Assembly: GCA_965206745.1 (NCBI GenBank)
Contig: OZ242220.1
Coordinates: 1,088,001-1,152,000 of the forward strand
Source of the DNA: Nitrosopumilus sp.
GTDB lineage: Archaea; Thermoproteota; Nitrososphaeria; Nitrososphaerales; Nitrosopumilaceae
Direction of reading: 5' to 3'
Length of the DNA stretch: 64,000 nucleotides
The notes under the pieces were generated by a model. The model ran no database searches, was not told the DNA's origin, and saw only the letters and a list, made by a program, of their open reading frames with translations. This document shows, piece after piece, positions 55,623 to 64,000 of this stretch. The position numbers and the translations under genes are program-made. Numbering within the stretch: the stretch's first letter is position 1; the number at the start of each line of letters is the position of its first letter.

Positions 55623-55790
55623 TTACCAGGTACCGCCATCTCCAGCATTAGGATCTAATTTTTTAGCAGGTACGTTTCCATGCGCTTTTTTCATGTGTTT
55701 TTTTAGTCGCTCTGGATCATGTAACTCAGTCCCGCAAACATCACATTTGGTGTTATTCTCGTCTTCTTTTTTACGTTTGAACAGACCCAT
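55623..55790 (-). CDS. 55-aa C2H2 zinc-finger protein (not in ORF track)
   Basis: Manual translation MGLFKRKKEDENNTKCDVCGTELHDPERLKKHMKKAHGNVPAKKLDPNAGDGGTW. Confidence 0.8.
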   Translation of the reverse strand: MGLFKRKKEDENNTKCDVCGTELHDPERLKKHMKKAHGNVPAKKLDPNAGDGGTW

Positions 55791-55985
55791 TAAATGGTAA
55801 AATATCGAAATAGATTAAAAATGATGCGAAAAGATCTTTCTGGATTTGAGAGTGTCAGGGGCAGGTTCACATCCGCATGCACAATCCAGGTGTAAATTTC
55901 GTATGTATGCAGGAAAAGATCCACCAATTTGAGTACACGCCCCTAAAAGATCACATTATAAGGGATATTCAATTTTTGCGTTATT

Positions 55986-57125
55986 GTGAGAGTGAAAAAT
56001 ATCACGGTTTTAGGTTCTGGGGTCATGGGACACGGGATTGCCCAGGTTTCAGCAACTGCAGGATACAATGTGGTTTTACGAGACATCAAACAGGAATTTT
56101 TGGATAAAGCAATGGAGAAGATAAGGTGGAGTCTAGATAAGCTAGTCTCAAAAGAAAAGATATCCAAGGAAGAAGGAGACTTGATATTTTCAAGAATTAT
56201 GCCCGTTGTAGATTTGGGTGATGCGGTAAAAAATGCAGAACTGGTAATTGAGGTGGTTCCAGAGATCATGGAGTTGAAAAAATCAGTTTATGCAGAACTA
56301 GACAAGGTTGCAGGACCCAAGGTAATCTTTGCATCAAACACAAGCACGCTGCCAATTACAGAGATCGCAGATACGACATCTAGGCCGGAGAAATTTATCG
56401 GGATTCATTTCTTCAATCCGCCACAGCTGATGAAGTTAGTAGAGATAATTCCGGGGGAGAAAACCGCACAAGAGATCACAGAGCTAACTCAAGAATATGT
56501 AAAATCAGTTAACAAGCAAGCCGTGTTGTGTAGAAAAGACGTTCCAGGATTCATAATCAACAGACTGTTCATACCGATGGTTCACGAAGCATGCTTTCTC
56601 AAAGACAGGACAGGTGCAACACTTGAAGAGATTGACTCGGCAGTAAAATTCAAGATGGGATTCCCAATGGGCATATTTGAATTGGCAGATTTTACAGGAA
56701 TGGATGTCATTCACAAGGCAACAGTCGAGATGCACTTGCGTGACAAAAAAGTGATCAACCCACATCCGCTTGTCAAGAGAATGTTTGATGATAAAAAACT
56801 AGGGCAGAAATCAGGCGAAGGATATTACAGATACACTGATGACAAATACCAACGTGTGGCACTATCAGAAGAGTTAGCAGAAAAATGTGATCCGATTCAA
56901 CTGGTTGCAAATATTTTAAACAATGCAGCATGGCTTGTTACAAACGGAGCAAGCGATGTAGAGGAGATTGAAAAGGCAGCTCAGTTGGGACTGGGTCTCA
57001 AAAAACCGCTATTTGAAACCGCAAAGGAGATTGGAATCAGAAAGATTGTCGATGAGTTAAACAAACTTGCAGACAGGCATGGGGAGTTTTACAAGCCAGA
57101 CCCGCTGCTGATTGCCATGCAATAA
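55986..57125 (+). CDS. 3-hydroxyacyl-CoA (likely (S)-3-hydroxybutyryl-CoA) dehydrogenase
   Basis: GSGVMGHGIA, ASNTST, GIHFFNP, PGFIINR, LGQKSGEGYY. Confidence 0.92.
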   Translation: MRVKNITVLGSGVMGHGIAQVSATAGYNVVLRDIKQEFLDKAMEKIRWSLDKLVSKEKISKEEGDLIFSRIMPVVDLGDAVKNAELVIEVVPEIMELKKSVYAELDKVAGPKVIFASNTSTLPITEIADTTSRPEKFIGIHFFNPPQLMKLVEIIPGEKTAQEITELTQEYVKSVNKQAVLCRKDVPGFIINRLFIPMVHEACFLKDRTGATLEEIDSAVKFKMGFPMGIFELADFTGMDVIHKATVEMHLRDKKVINPHPLVKRMFDDKKLGQKSGEGYYRYTDDKYQRVALSEELAEKCDPIQLVANILNNAAWLVTNGASDVEEIEKAAQLGLGLKKPLFETAKEIGIRKIVDELNKLADRHGEFYKPDPLLIAMQ

Positions 57126-57189
57126 TTAACAAGATTGCAAATAAAATCGATCCAGATTAATTTATAAATAATAAAATAGCGAAAAAGAT

Positions 57190-57480
57190 ATGATTCCACA
57201 ACCACCCAGACAAGAGGTTAGTATCACAAGAATGACAATTTACTCAGTGCTACCAATTCTGTCAATTTATGCAGGATGGAGAATGGAGAAATTTCGAGTA
57301 TTGTTTTTGATCAACCTAGCGATGGGTTTTGCTTCAGGAATCATATTGGGTGAAACTTTAGACTCTTATGGAAGCATTATAGGATGGATTGCAGGCATAA
57401 CCATAACAATTGTACTAGTCAGATATTTTGCCAAAGCATACAACAAACAAATTCACAACGACCAACAAGATACAGTTTAG
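57190..57480 (+). CDS. Small membrane protein
   Basis: Three hydrophobic segments. Confidence 0.65.
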   Translation: MIPQPPRQEVSITRMTIYSVLPILSIYAGWRMEKFRVLFLINLAMGFASGIILGETLDSYGSIIGWIAGITITIVLVRYFAKAYNKQIHNDQQDTV

Positions 57481-57537
57481 ACCAAGACAAACAGATTTAG
57501 AGACACATTAGAGATATTTTGCAGGCTTTAAATGAAA

Positions 57538-58047
57538 TTATACATCAATCAACCCTAAGATTTTCTGTACTGCCTCTTGTGCAGTGTCAACCCCAACTAT
57601 CTTGATATTTTTTCTATGATCAATGTATCCGTCAATATAGGGATCAACTGAGCTACCGAGATTTTTGATTGCCACCATCGGCTTTTTGTACATGTAAGAT
57701 GCGCATGCTTCAGAAAGGGTACCAGAACCGCCGCCAATAATTATAACGCCATCGGCACTGAGCGCATTAAGATAATCCCTAGCAAACCCCATTCCAGTAG
57801 GAATCACAATGTCACAGTACTCATTTGCAATCGATGCATCATCTTGAGGAATTATTCCCACAGTCAAGCCCTTTGCATCCTGTGCGCCATGGGATGCAGC
57901 CTCCATTACACCACCCAATCCGCCACTAACCAAAACCGAGTCAGATTTTGCAACTTCTGATCCAACATCGTAGGCGATTTTTTCATGCTTTGGAGTGCAG
58001 CCATTAGTGTCATTTCCAATTACCAAAATTTGTCGTTTCTTTGCCAT
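57538..58047 (-). CDS. TIGR00725/LOG family protein
   Basis: SGGLGGVMEAAS, IPTGMGFAR, GGGSGTLSE. Confidence 0.88.
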   Translation of the reverse strand: MAKKRQILVIGNDTNGCTPKHEKIAYDVGSEVAKSDSVLVSGGLGGVMEAASHGAQDAKGLTVGIIPQDDASIANEYCDIVIPTGMGFARDYLNALSADGVIIIGGGSGTLSEACASYMYKKPMVAIKNLGSSVDPYIDGYIDHRKNIKIVGVDTAQEAVQKILGLIDV

Positions 58048-58122
58048 GCGAGATATTGAAAAAATGGTTTGAAATATCTTTCCAAAAGAAAAAGATATTA
58101 GGCAAAAATATCGACTAAAACC

Positions 58123-58245
58123 ATGGAAAATCGTTCAATGCCAGTATGCTTTACTGAAAAACAGTACAAGGTGATCGAAGAGTTTGCCAAGAGAAACGGC
58201 ATGCTTAACACAAGCCAAGCCCTTGAAAAGATCTTAGGCGAATAA
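58123..58245 (+). CDS. 40-aa RHH/CopG-like protein (not in ORF track)
   Basis: Manual translation MENRSMPVCFTEKQYKVIEEFAKRNGMLNTSQALEKILGE. Confidence 0.7.
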   Translation: MENRSMPVCFTEKQYKVIEEFAKRNGMLNTSQALEKILGE

Positions 58246-58306
58246 ACATTTTTGCTATTTTTATTTTATTTACATTTATAGAATATACCATATCAGAAAT
58301 TATCAA

Positions 58307-58717
58307 ATGGGATTATTTAGTAAAAAGCCATCATTTTGCAGCATATGCAACAAAGAGCTAACTCACAAGCACAAACCAAAAAAAGAGTGGAATATCAAGG
58401 GCCCAGTGTGTGGGGACTGTCATTTTGACAAGTCCAAGGAATACTATGAGGGCAAAGTTAGACAGCCATGTATCGTATGTGGAATGACACAGAAAATTAC
58501 AGATTTGTGGGAACCCAGATGGCAGTGGGACATGGAGGGTCTGCTATGCAAAAAATGCTTTGATCAAAAAGAAGAGGACCATGGCAAGAAAAAGAACTTT
58601 TGTTCATTATGCGGAGGGAAAATGGGGCTGATCAGGTACAACCCAAAGGGAAATTGGAAGATAGAAGGTCAGCTTTGCAGAAAGTGCTGGGATGAAAAGA
58701 AGGCAGAGTTTGGATAA
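58307..58717 (+). CDS. Triple zinc-finger repeat protein
   Basis: Three units of CxxC...P..xW.I/M.G.L/VCxxC. Confidence 0.85.
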   Translation: MGLFSKKPSFCSICNKELTHKHKPKKEWNIKGPVCGDCHFDKSKEYYEGKVRQPCIVCGMTQKITDLWEPRWQWDMEGLLCKKCFDQKEEDHGKKKNFCSLCGGKMGLIRYNPKGNWKIEGQLCRKCWDEKKAEFG

Positions 58718-58718
58718 A

Positions 58719-58916
58719 GTGGCATTCTTTAAAAAAATCAAATGTGAAATATGTGATAAGAAATTTTCAAAGGAAGAGGAGGTCATGAATCACAAGCAAA
58801 TCGTTCATGGTAAAGACTTGAAGTATGATTGCAAAGTTTGTGACAGATATTTTTCAAACATGGAAGATATGAGAACACATTTGCAAAGAGAGCACAGCTA
58901 CAAAAAAGACAGATAA
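58719..58916 (+). CDS. Double C2H2 zinc-finger protein
   Basis: CEIC...H...H and CKVC...H...H; GTG start inferred. Confidence 0.82.
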   Translation: MAFFKKIKCEICDKKFSKEEEVMNHKQIVHGKDLKYDCKVCDRYFSNMEDMRTHLQREHSYKKDR

Positions 58917-59111
58917 TTAGATTGCTTTTACTGTCTTGACTACTGGTGGTCTATCTTTGGTAAATACTCTGAATCCGCAAATACATTTGATTTCAGGTAA
59001 TCGAGACAATTCAGAATTTAGAACGCTAGTACCGCATCTCAAACACGAATAACTTACATCAAAAGTCTCAACAGGGATCTCTTCTACCTCATCAATTTGT
59101 TCTTCAGCCAT
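58917..59111 (-). CDS. rpoP: RNA polymerase subunit P (Rpo12)
   Basis: YSCLRCG...IKCICGFRVFTKDRPPVVK. Confidence 0.88.
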   Translation of the reverse strand: MAEEQIDEVEEIPVETFDVSYSCLRCGTSVLNSELSRLPEIKCICGFRVFTKDRPPVVKTVKAI

Positions 59112-59149
59112 ATTTATCATCAAAATTTCTATAATTTAAGGATACCAGA

Positions 59150-59458
59150 TTATGTCAGGGATAATTCAATATATACATCATCGGGGATCTTTAGCCTCAT
59201 TAGTTGTCTGATTGCCTTGTCATCAGCGTTGATATTGATAATTCTTCTATGCATCTTCATCTCCCATTTTTCATAGGTTTCAGTTCCACTGCCACATGGC
59301 GACTTTCTAGTTGCAACATGGAGTCTTTTTACAGGAAGCGGAGTCGGACCTTTAACCTTGACACCGGTTTTTTTACCAATGCCCATGATCTCGCCACATA
59401 CATCATCCAATTTTGGAAGGCTAGTAGAAGTGAGTTTAACACGGGCGGTTTGTGTCAT
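59150..59458 (-). CDS. rpsJ: 30S ribosomal protein S10
   Basis: GPTPLP, TRKSPCGSG, WEMKMHRR. Confidence 0.96.
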   Translation of the reverse strand: MTQTARVKLTSTSLPKLDDVCGEIMGIGKKTGVKVKGPTPLPVKRLHVATRKSPCGSGTETYEKWEMKMHRRIININADDKAIRQLMRLKIPDDVYIELSLT

Positions 59459-59467
59459 AAAATCCGC

Positions 59468-60766
59468 CTATGGTTTGTACTCTTCGGTAATTTCCTTTAC
59501 AATTCCTGCTGCAATAGTTGCACCCATGTCTCTAAGGGCGAATCTTCCCATCTCAGGGAAGTCTTGGAAAGTTTCTATGCATGTTGGTCTCACAGGTCTG
59601 ATCTTTACAATTGCAGAGTCTCCAACCTTGAGGAATTTTGGATTTTCTTCTTCAACTGCACCAGATGCTGGATTGATCTTTTGGAGGAATTCTGTAACTG
59701 TTGCTGCAACTTGTGTAGTGTGTGCGTGCATTACCGGCGTATAACCAGGAGCAATTGCAGTTGGGTGGTGAATAACAATAATTTGTGCCTTGAACTCTTT
59801 TGCAACGTTTGGTGGTGCATCAGGAGTACCAAGAACGTCTCCCCTCTTGATATCTTTCTTTTCAATACCTCTAAGGTTAAAACCAATGTTGTCACCTGCT
59901 TCGGCACTTGGCATCTCTGTGTGGTGTGTCTCGATGGATTTGATTTCGCCGAGTGCGCCAGAAGGCATGACGATGATCTTTTGTCCTGCTTTCATTAGAC
60001 CAGTTTCTACTCTGCCTACAGGCACAGTACCTACACCAGTGATAGTGTAGACGTCTTGTATAGGAACACGCAATGGTTTGCCTACAGGTTTTTCAGTTAT
60101 CTTAAAGTCATCAAATGATTCAAGCAGTGTCTTGCCTTTGTACCAAGCCATGTTTTCAGATCTATTGACCAAGTTATCGCCCTTCCATCCAGATACTGGA
60201 ATGACAGGCACGTCTTCTAACTTGTAACCAACAGATTTTGCTAGTTTTTCACCCTTTTCTTTGGCTGCAAGAAATGCATCTTCTTTGTATTCGACTGCAT
60301 CCATTTTGTTGATTGCAATAATGATTTGGCTTACACCAAGTGTTTTGAGCAAGAATGCGTGTTCTCTTGCCTGCCCACCTGCAGCAATTGCAGTGTCAGT
60401 CTCGCCTTCTTTTGCTGAAAGTACCAAGATGGCAGCATCTGCTTCAGAAGCACCAGTAATCATGTTTTTAATAAAATCCCTGTGACCAGGAGCATCAATT
60501 AGGGTAAAGAAATACTTTGGTGACTCAAATTTTTGGAAGGCCAGATCGATTGTAATGCCTCTCTCCCTCTCGTCTTTAATGTTATCCATAACCCAAGCAT
60601 ACTTGAAAGTATCACCTTTTCCGGTCTTTTCGGATTCTGCTCCGTGAGCAGCAATAGTCCTTTCATCTACAACCCCAAGATCCATCAAAAAATGACCCAT
60701 AGTAGTGGATTTTCCATTATCAATATGTCCTGTAACAATCAGGTTCAAGTGTGGTTTATCTGCCAT
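59468..60766 (-). CDS. tuf: Translation elongation factor EF-1 alpha
   Basis: GHIDNGKST, ERGITID, DAPGH, NKMD; start MADKPH. Confidence 0.97.
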   Translation of the reverse strand: MADKPHLNLIVTGHIDNGKSTTMGHFLMDLGVVDERTIAAHGAESEKTGKGDTFKYAWVMDNIKDERERGITIDLAFQKFESPKYFFTLIDAPGHRDFIKNMITGASEADAAILVLSAKEGETDTAIAAGGQAREHAFLLKTLGVSQIIIAINKMDAVEYKEDAFLAAKEKGEKLAKSVGYKLEDVPVIPVSGWKGDNLVNRSENMAWYKGKTLLESFDDFKITEKPVGKPLRVPIQDVYTITGVGTVPVGRVETGLMKAGQKIIVMPSGALGEIKSIETHHTEMPSAEAGDNIGFNLRGIEKKDIKRGDVLGTPDAPPNVAKEFKAQIIVIHHPTAIAPGYTPVMHAHTTQVAATVTEFLQKINPASGAVEEENPKFLKVGDSAIVKIRPVRPTCIETFQDFPEMGRFALRDMGATIAAGIVKEITEEYKP

Positions 60767-60896
60767 ATGAGATGGCTTACAAAGGGCATTTATTACTGTT
60801 ATGAATTTTTGAAGAAAAATCAAAAAATATTCAAATAATTACAGATCAGAAAACTTTGCTAAAAGCACATAAATCAAAGAGATAAAAATCAAAACT

Positions 60897-62030
60897 ATGA
60901 AAATTACAGTTTCAGTTATCAAAGCAGATGTCGGTGGAATCGGCGGGCATACAAGACCTAGTGACGGCCTAATCAAAGCAATTAGAGATACCGTTAAAAA
61001 TTCAGGAGATCTTCTAATTGATCATTACATAGGATATTGCGGGGATGACACCCACATTGTCATGACTCATACGCATGGTGTGGACAATGAAAAAATCCAC
61101 AAGCTAGCATGGGATGCATTCATGGCAGGAACTAAAGTGGCAAAAGAAGAGGGGCTGTACGGGGCAGGTCAAGATTTGCTAAAAGATTCTTTTTCAGGAA
61201 ATGTAAAAGGAATGGGTCCAGGAGTTGCAGAACTGGAATTCGAAGAAAGGCCAAATGAAGCTTTCACCGTATTTGCAGCAGACAAGACAGAGCCTGGAGC
61301 ATTCAACTATCCCATCTACAGAATGTTTGTAGATACGCTAAGCAACACAGCATTGATTGTAAACAAAAGTCTTGCAAGTGGGGTGGTAATGAACATCATG
61401 GATGTGGAAAAGGCACAAATTGCAGAACTGCACCTATGGGAAGACAAACCTACTATCGAGGCGGCATTAATGTATCCTGGAAGATACGTTGTAGATTCAG
61501 TATACACCAAAGATGGACAGCCGATTCTTGATGCATCAACTGACAGACTGCACAACATTGCTGGAACATATGTTGGAAAAGATGATCCGATCATGCTAGT
61601 AAGAACTCAAAAAAACTTTCCAGCAACAGAAGAAGTTGGAAGTATGTTTAACAATCCGCACTATGTTGCAGGAAACACAAGAGGTAGCCATAATATGCCA
61701 TTAATGCCGGTAAAATTAAACTCGGCAGCATCAATCAACTTTTGCATTCCAATTGTGGAATCACTAGTGTTCAGCATGCACAATGGCAAATTGGTGGGAC
61801 CATTTGACGGATTCTCAACTCCTGATTGGGACTATATCAGGGAAATTGCAACAAAGAAGGCAATTGCAATCAGAGGCCAAGGGTTCATTCATCCGGCAAC
61901 ACTAGTGCCATCAGAACTAGAATATGCTGAAGGCTACAGGGCAAGAATGGACGTTCTTCAAACCAAGATGAAGCCAATGAAAGAGACATCATCTAGCGAA
62001 AAGAGAGAGAATTACGAAGATCCAGATTAG
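60897..62030 (+). CDS. fbp: Fructose-1,6-bisphosphate aldolase/phosphatase
   Basis: KADVGG, LYGAGQDLL, DKTEPGAFN, YVGKDDP, RGSH. Confidence 0.95.
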   Translation: MKITVSVIKADVGGIGGHTRPSDGLIKAIRDTVKNSGDLLIDHYIGYCGDDTHIVMTHTHGVDNEKIHKLAWDAFMAGTKVAKEEGLYGAGQDLLKDSFSGNVKGMGPGVAELEFEERPNEAFTVFAADKTEPGAFNYPIYRMFVDTLSNTALIVNKSLASGVVMNIMDVEKAQIAELHLWEDKPTIEAALMYPGRYVVDSVYTKDGQPILDASTDRLHNIAGTYVGKDDPIMLVRTQKNFPATEEVGSMFNNPHYVAGNTRGSHNMPLMPVKLNSAASINFCIPIVESLVFSMHNGKLVGPFDGFSTPDWDYIREIATKKAIAIRGQGFIHPATLVPSELEYAEGYRARMDVLQTKMKPMKETSSSEKRENYEDPD

Positions 62031-62095
62031 CAGATCCGGATCTTGCCAGCCATGGGAAATAGTTAAATCAAAAAAGGTTGTACCAATATCAGGTC

Positions 62096-62506
62096 ATGAA
62101 TGCGTTTCAGAAGATGCTGGATTGGAAGACATACATGTTTACAGCAGTGGCAGTCATATCTTTTTCAAGTTTTGTAGCGGTATTATTTGGACAGACTATT
62201 CCGGGAATCATTTTAGCGTTTTTCAAAATCGCCGGAGAATACGTAATTTTAGGATCTGTGTTTATCTTTGCACTTGCATGGCTCCTCAAAGCAAAACCAC
62301 ATAATCGCCCCAAAGAATACGAAATAGTTCCATTTGATGTATATGGCAAGAAAAGCAGAATAGACGGGATCAGGACAAAGTTCAGGACAAACGATGTGGC
62401 GTGGAGCTTTATGAAACAATACAAGGAATCATACCCATTTTACAACTTTGCACTAGTTTCAAATCTTCCAAAATCGGACAAACCTACCATCTTCAGATAC
62501 ATCTAA
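62096..62506 (+). CDS. Hypothetical membrane protein
   Basis: Two N-terminal TM helices and a soluble C-domain. Confidence 0.7.
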   Translation: MNAFQKMLDWKTYMFTAVAVISFSSFVAVLFGQTIPGIILAFFKIAGEYVILGSVFIFALAWLLKAKPHNRPKEYEIVPFDVYGKKSRIDGIRTKFRTNDVAWSFMKQYKESYPFYNFALVSNLPKSDKPTIFRYI

Positions 62507-62542
62507 TTCAGACTTTTATTCGAGATTGTACAGAGAAGTGAG

Positions 62543-64000
62543 ATGGAGTTTTCAACATTAGCTGAATCTTTTGAGAAGATGGAATCAACTAGAAAAAGAC
62601 TAGAGTTGACACAGTTTCTAGTAGAGTTGTTTGAAAAAACACCCCATGATGTTATTTCAAAAATAGTGTATCTCATCCAAGGAAAGTTAAGGCCTGACTT
62701 TGAGGGGGTTGAGTTAGGGGTCGCCGAAAAGCTTGCAATAAGGGCAATATCAAAATCATCAGGAATTCCAATAAAAAAAATCGAGGATGAATACAGAAAA
62801 GGGGGAGATTTGGGGCACGCATCATCAATAATTTTAGAGCAGAAGACTCAGACTACATTTCTTGTCGAGGACATCACAGTAGAGAGGGTATATGACACAT
62901 TATTTAAAATTGCAAAGCTGGGAGGATCAAGATCTCAAGATATGAAAATGAAATACATTTCAAGTTTGCTCAATGACGCAACCCCATTAGAGGCGAGCTT
63001 CATTTTGAAAATATTGTTAGGCACTTTAAGATTGGGAATAGCAGAGAACACAGTAATGGATGCTCTGGCAATAGCGTTTTCAGGGAATAAGGAGAATAGG
63101 AAAAAATTACAATATGCGTACAACGTATCTAGTGATTTGGGAAAAGTTGCCGAAACAATTGCAGCAAAAGGTTTGGAGGGGATTGAAAAATTCGAGATTG
63201 TTTTGTTCAACCCCATCAGACCAATGTTGGCTGACAGAGTAAAAAGCGAATCAGAGGCAATAGAAAAAATGGGCAATGAGTTTGCCGCAGAATACAAACT
63301 AGACGGAGAAAGAGTGCAACTTCACATAGAAGGAGAGAAAGTGGCATTGTTTTCAAGAAGTTTGGAAAACATTCAGAGTTACTACCCAGACATTATAGAA
63401 AGAATCCCCAAAAACATACAAGCAGACAACATAATTTTAGAGGCAGAAGCTGTGGCAATAAATGAAAACACCGGGGAGTTTTTGCCTTTCCAAGAGTTAA
63501 TGCACAGAAGAAGGAAATACAAGATCGAAAAGGCAGTTACAGAATACCCAATCACGGTAAATTTTTTCGATGTCCTGTATTGCAATGGAAAGAGTTGCAT
63601 GGAGATAGATTACAAAGAAAGAAGGGAAAAACTAGAAAAGCATGTCAAAGAGGATGAGTTTGCGAAATACATCCCAATGAGTATAGTAAAAAATGAAAGC
63701 GAGATTGGGGATTTTATGGAAAACAGCATCAATGCAGGAAGTGAAGGATTAATGTTGAAAATGCTAGACAAGCCATATCAAGCAGGGTCTAGAGGAAGTC
63801 ATTGGTTGAAATTAAAACGAGAGTACAGAAATGAGCTAGGGGATAGTTTGGATCTCGTGGTGATAGGAGGATATTTTGGCAAAGGCAGAAGAACCGGAAG
63901 CTATGGAACGTTGCTCTTAGCAACGTATGATGAAGACGAAGATACGTTTCCAAGTATTTGCAAAGTGGGAACGGGGTTTTCAGATGAATCCCTAGATCAG
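62543..64000 (+). CDS. lig: ATP-dependent DNA ligase (runs off the window)
   Basis: Manual translation MEFSTLAESFEKME...; active-site EYKLDGER, EGLMLK, WLKLK. Confidence 0.95.
   Translation, partial: MEFSTLAESFEKMESTRKRLELTQFLVELFEKTPHDVISKIVYLIQGKLRPDFEGVELGVAEKLAIRAISKSSGIPIKKIEDEYRKGGDLGHASSIILEQKTQTTFLVEDITVERVYDTLFKIAKLGGSRSQDMKMKYISSLLNDATPLEASFILKILLGTLRLGIAENTVMDALAIAFSGNKENRKKLQYAYNVSSDLGKVAETIAAKGLEGIEKFEIVLFNPIRPMLADRVKSESEAIEKMGNEFAAEYKLDGERVQLHIEGEKVALFSRSLENIQSYYPDIIERIPKNIQADNIILEAEAVAINENTGEFLPFQELMHRRRKYKIEKAVTEYPITVNFFDVLYCNGKSCMEIDYKERREKLEKHVKEDEFAKYIPMSIVKNESEIGDFMENSINAGSEGLMLKMLDKPYQAGSRGSHWLKLKREYRNELGDSLDLVVIGGYFGKGRRTGSYGTLLLATYDEDEDTFPSICKVGTGFSDESLDQ

Noticed and set aside
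59204-59998. 264-aa plus-strand ORF
   Set aside because: Antisense to tuf and rpsJ; typical shadow ORF of highly expressed genes.

Overview
Chromosomal window from an ammonia-oxidising archaeon of the Nitrosopumilaceae (Thaumarchaeota/Nitrososphaerota), judged from the 16S/23S rRNA sequences and gene content. It is mostly housekeeping and autotrophy genes: PPDK, methylmalonyl-CoA epimerase/mutase/MeaB, 3-hydroxyacyl-CoA dehydrogenase, BirA, FBP aldolase/phosphatase, aminoacyl-tRNA synthetases, two TFBs, EF-1alpha, S10, Rpo12 and DNA ligase. It also holds a class III PHA synthase cluster (phaE-phaC facing phasin-like, AbrB/PhaR-like and alpha/beta-hydrolase genes) and a 16S-23S operon on the minus strand with no tRNA in the spacer. 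A more variable region (about 34.6-44.5 kb) contains gene remnants (serpin, DDE transposase, two tiny genes), an RHH gene missed by the ORF track facing an orphan ParB-HTH-RHH gene, and a perfect 31 x 21-bp array just downstream of the 23S gene. The array unit is complementary to two segments of the pre-rRNA 5' leader, one containing a box C motif; this is the most unusual signal I found. A second perfect array (9 x 24 bp) gives PPDK a long basic tail. Several small genes missing from the ORF track were added by manual translation. All family assignments come from motif recognition, not database searches.
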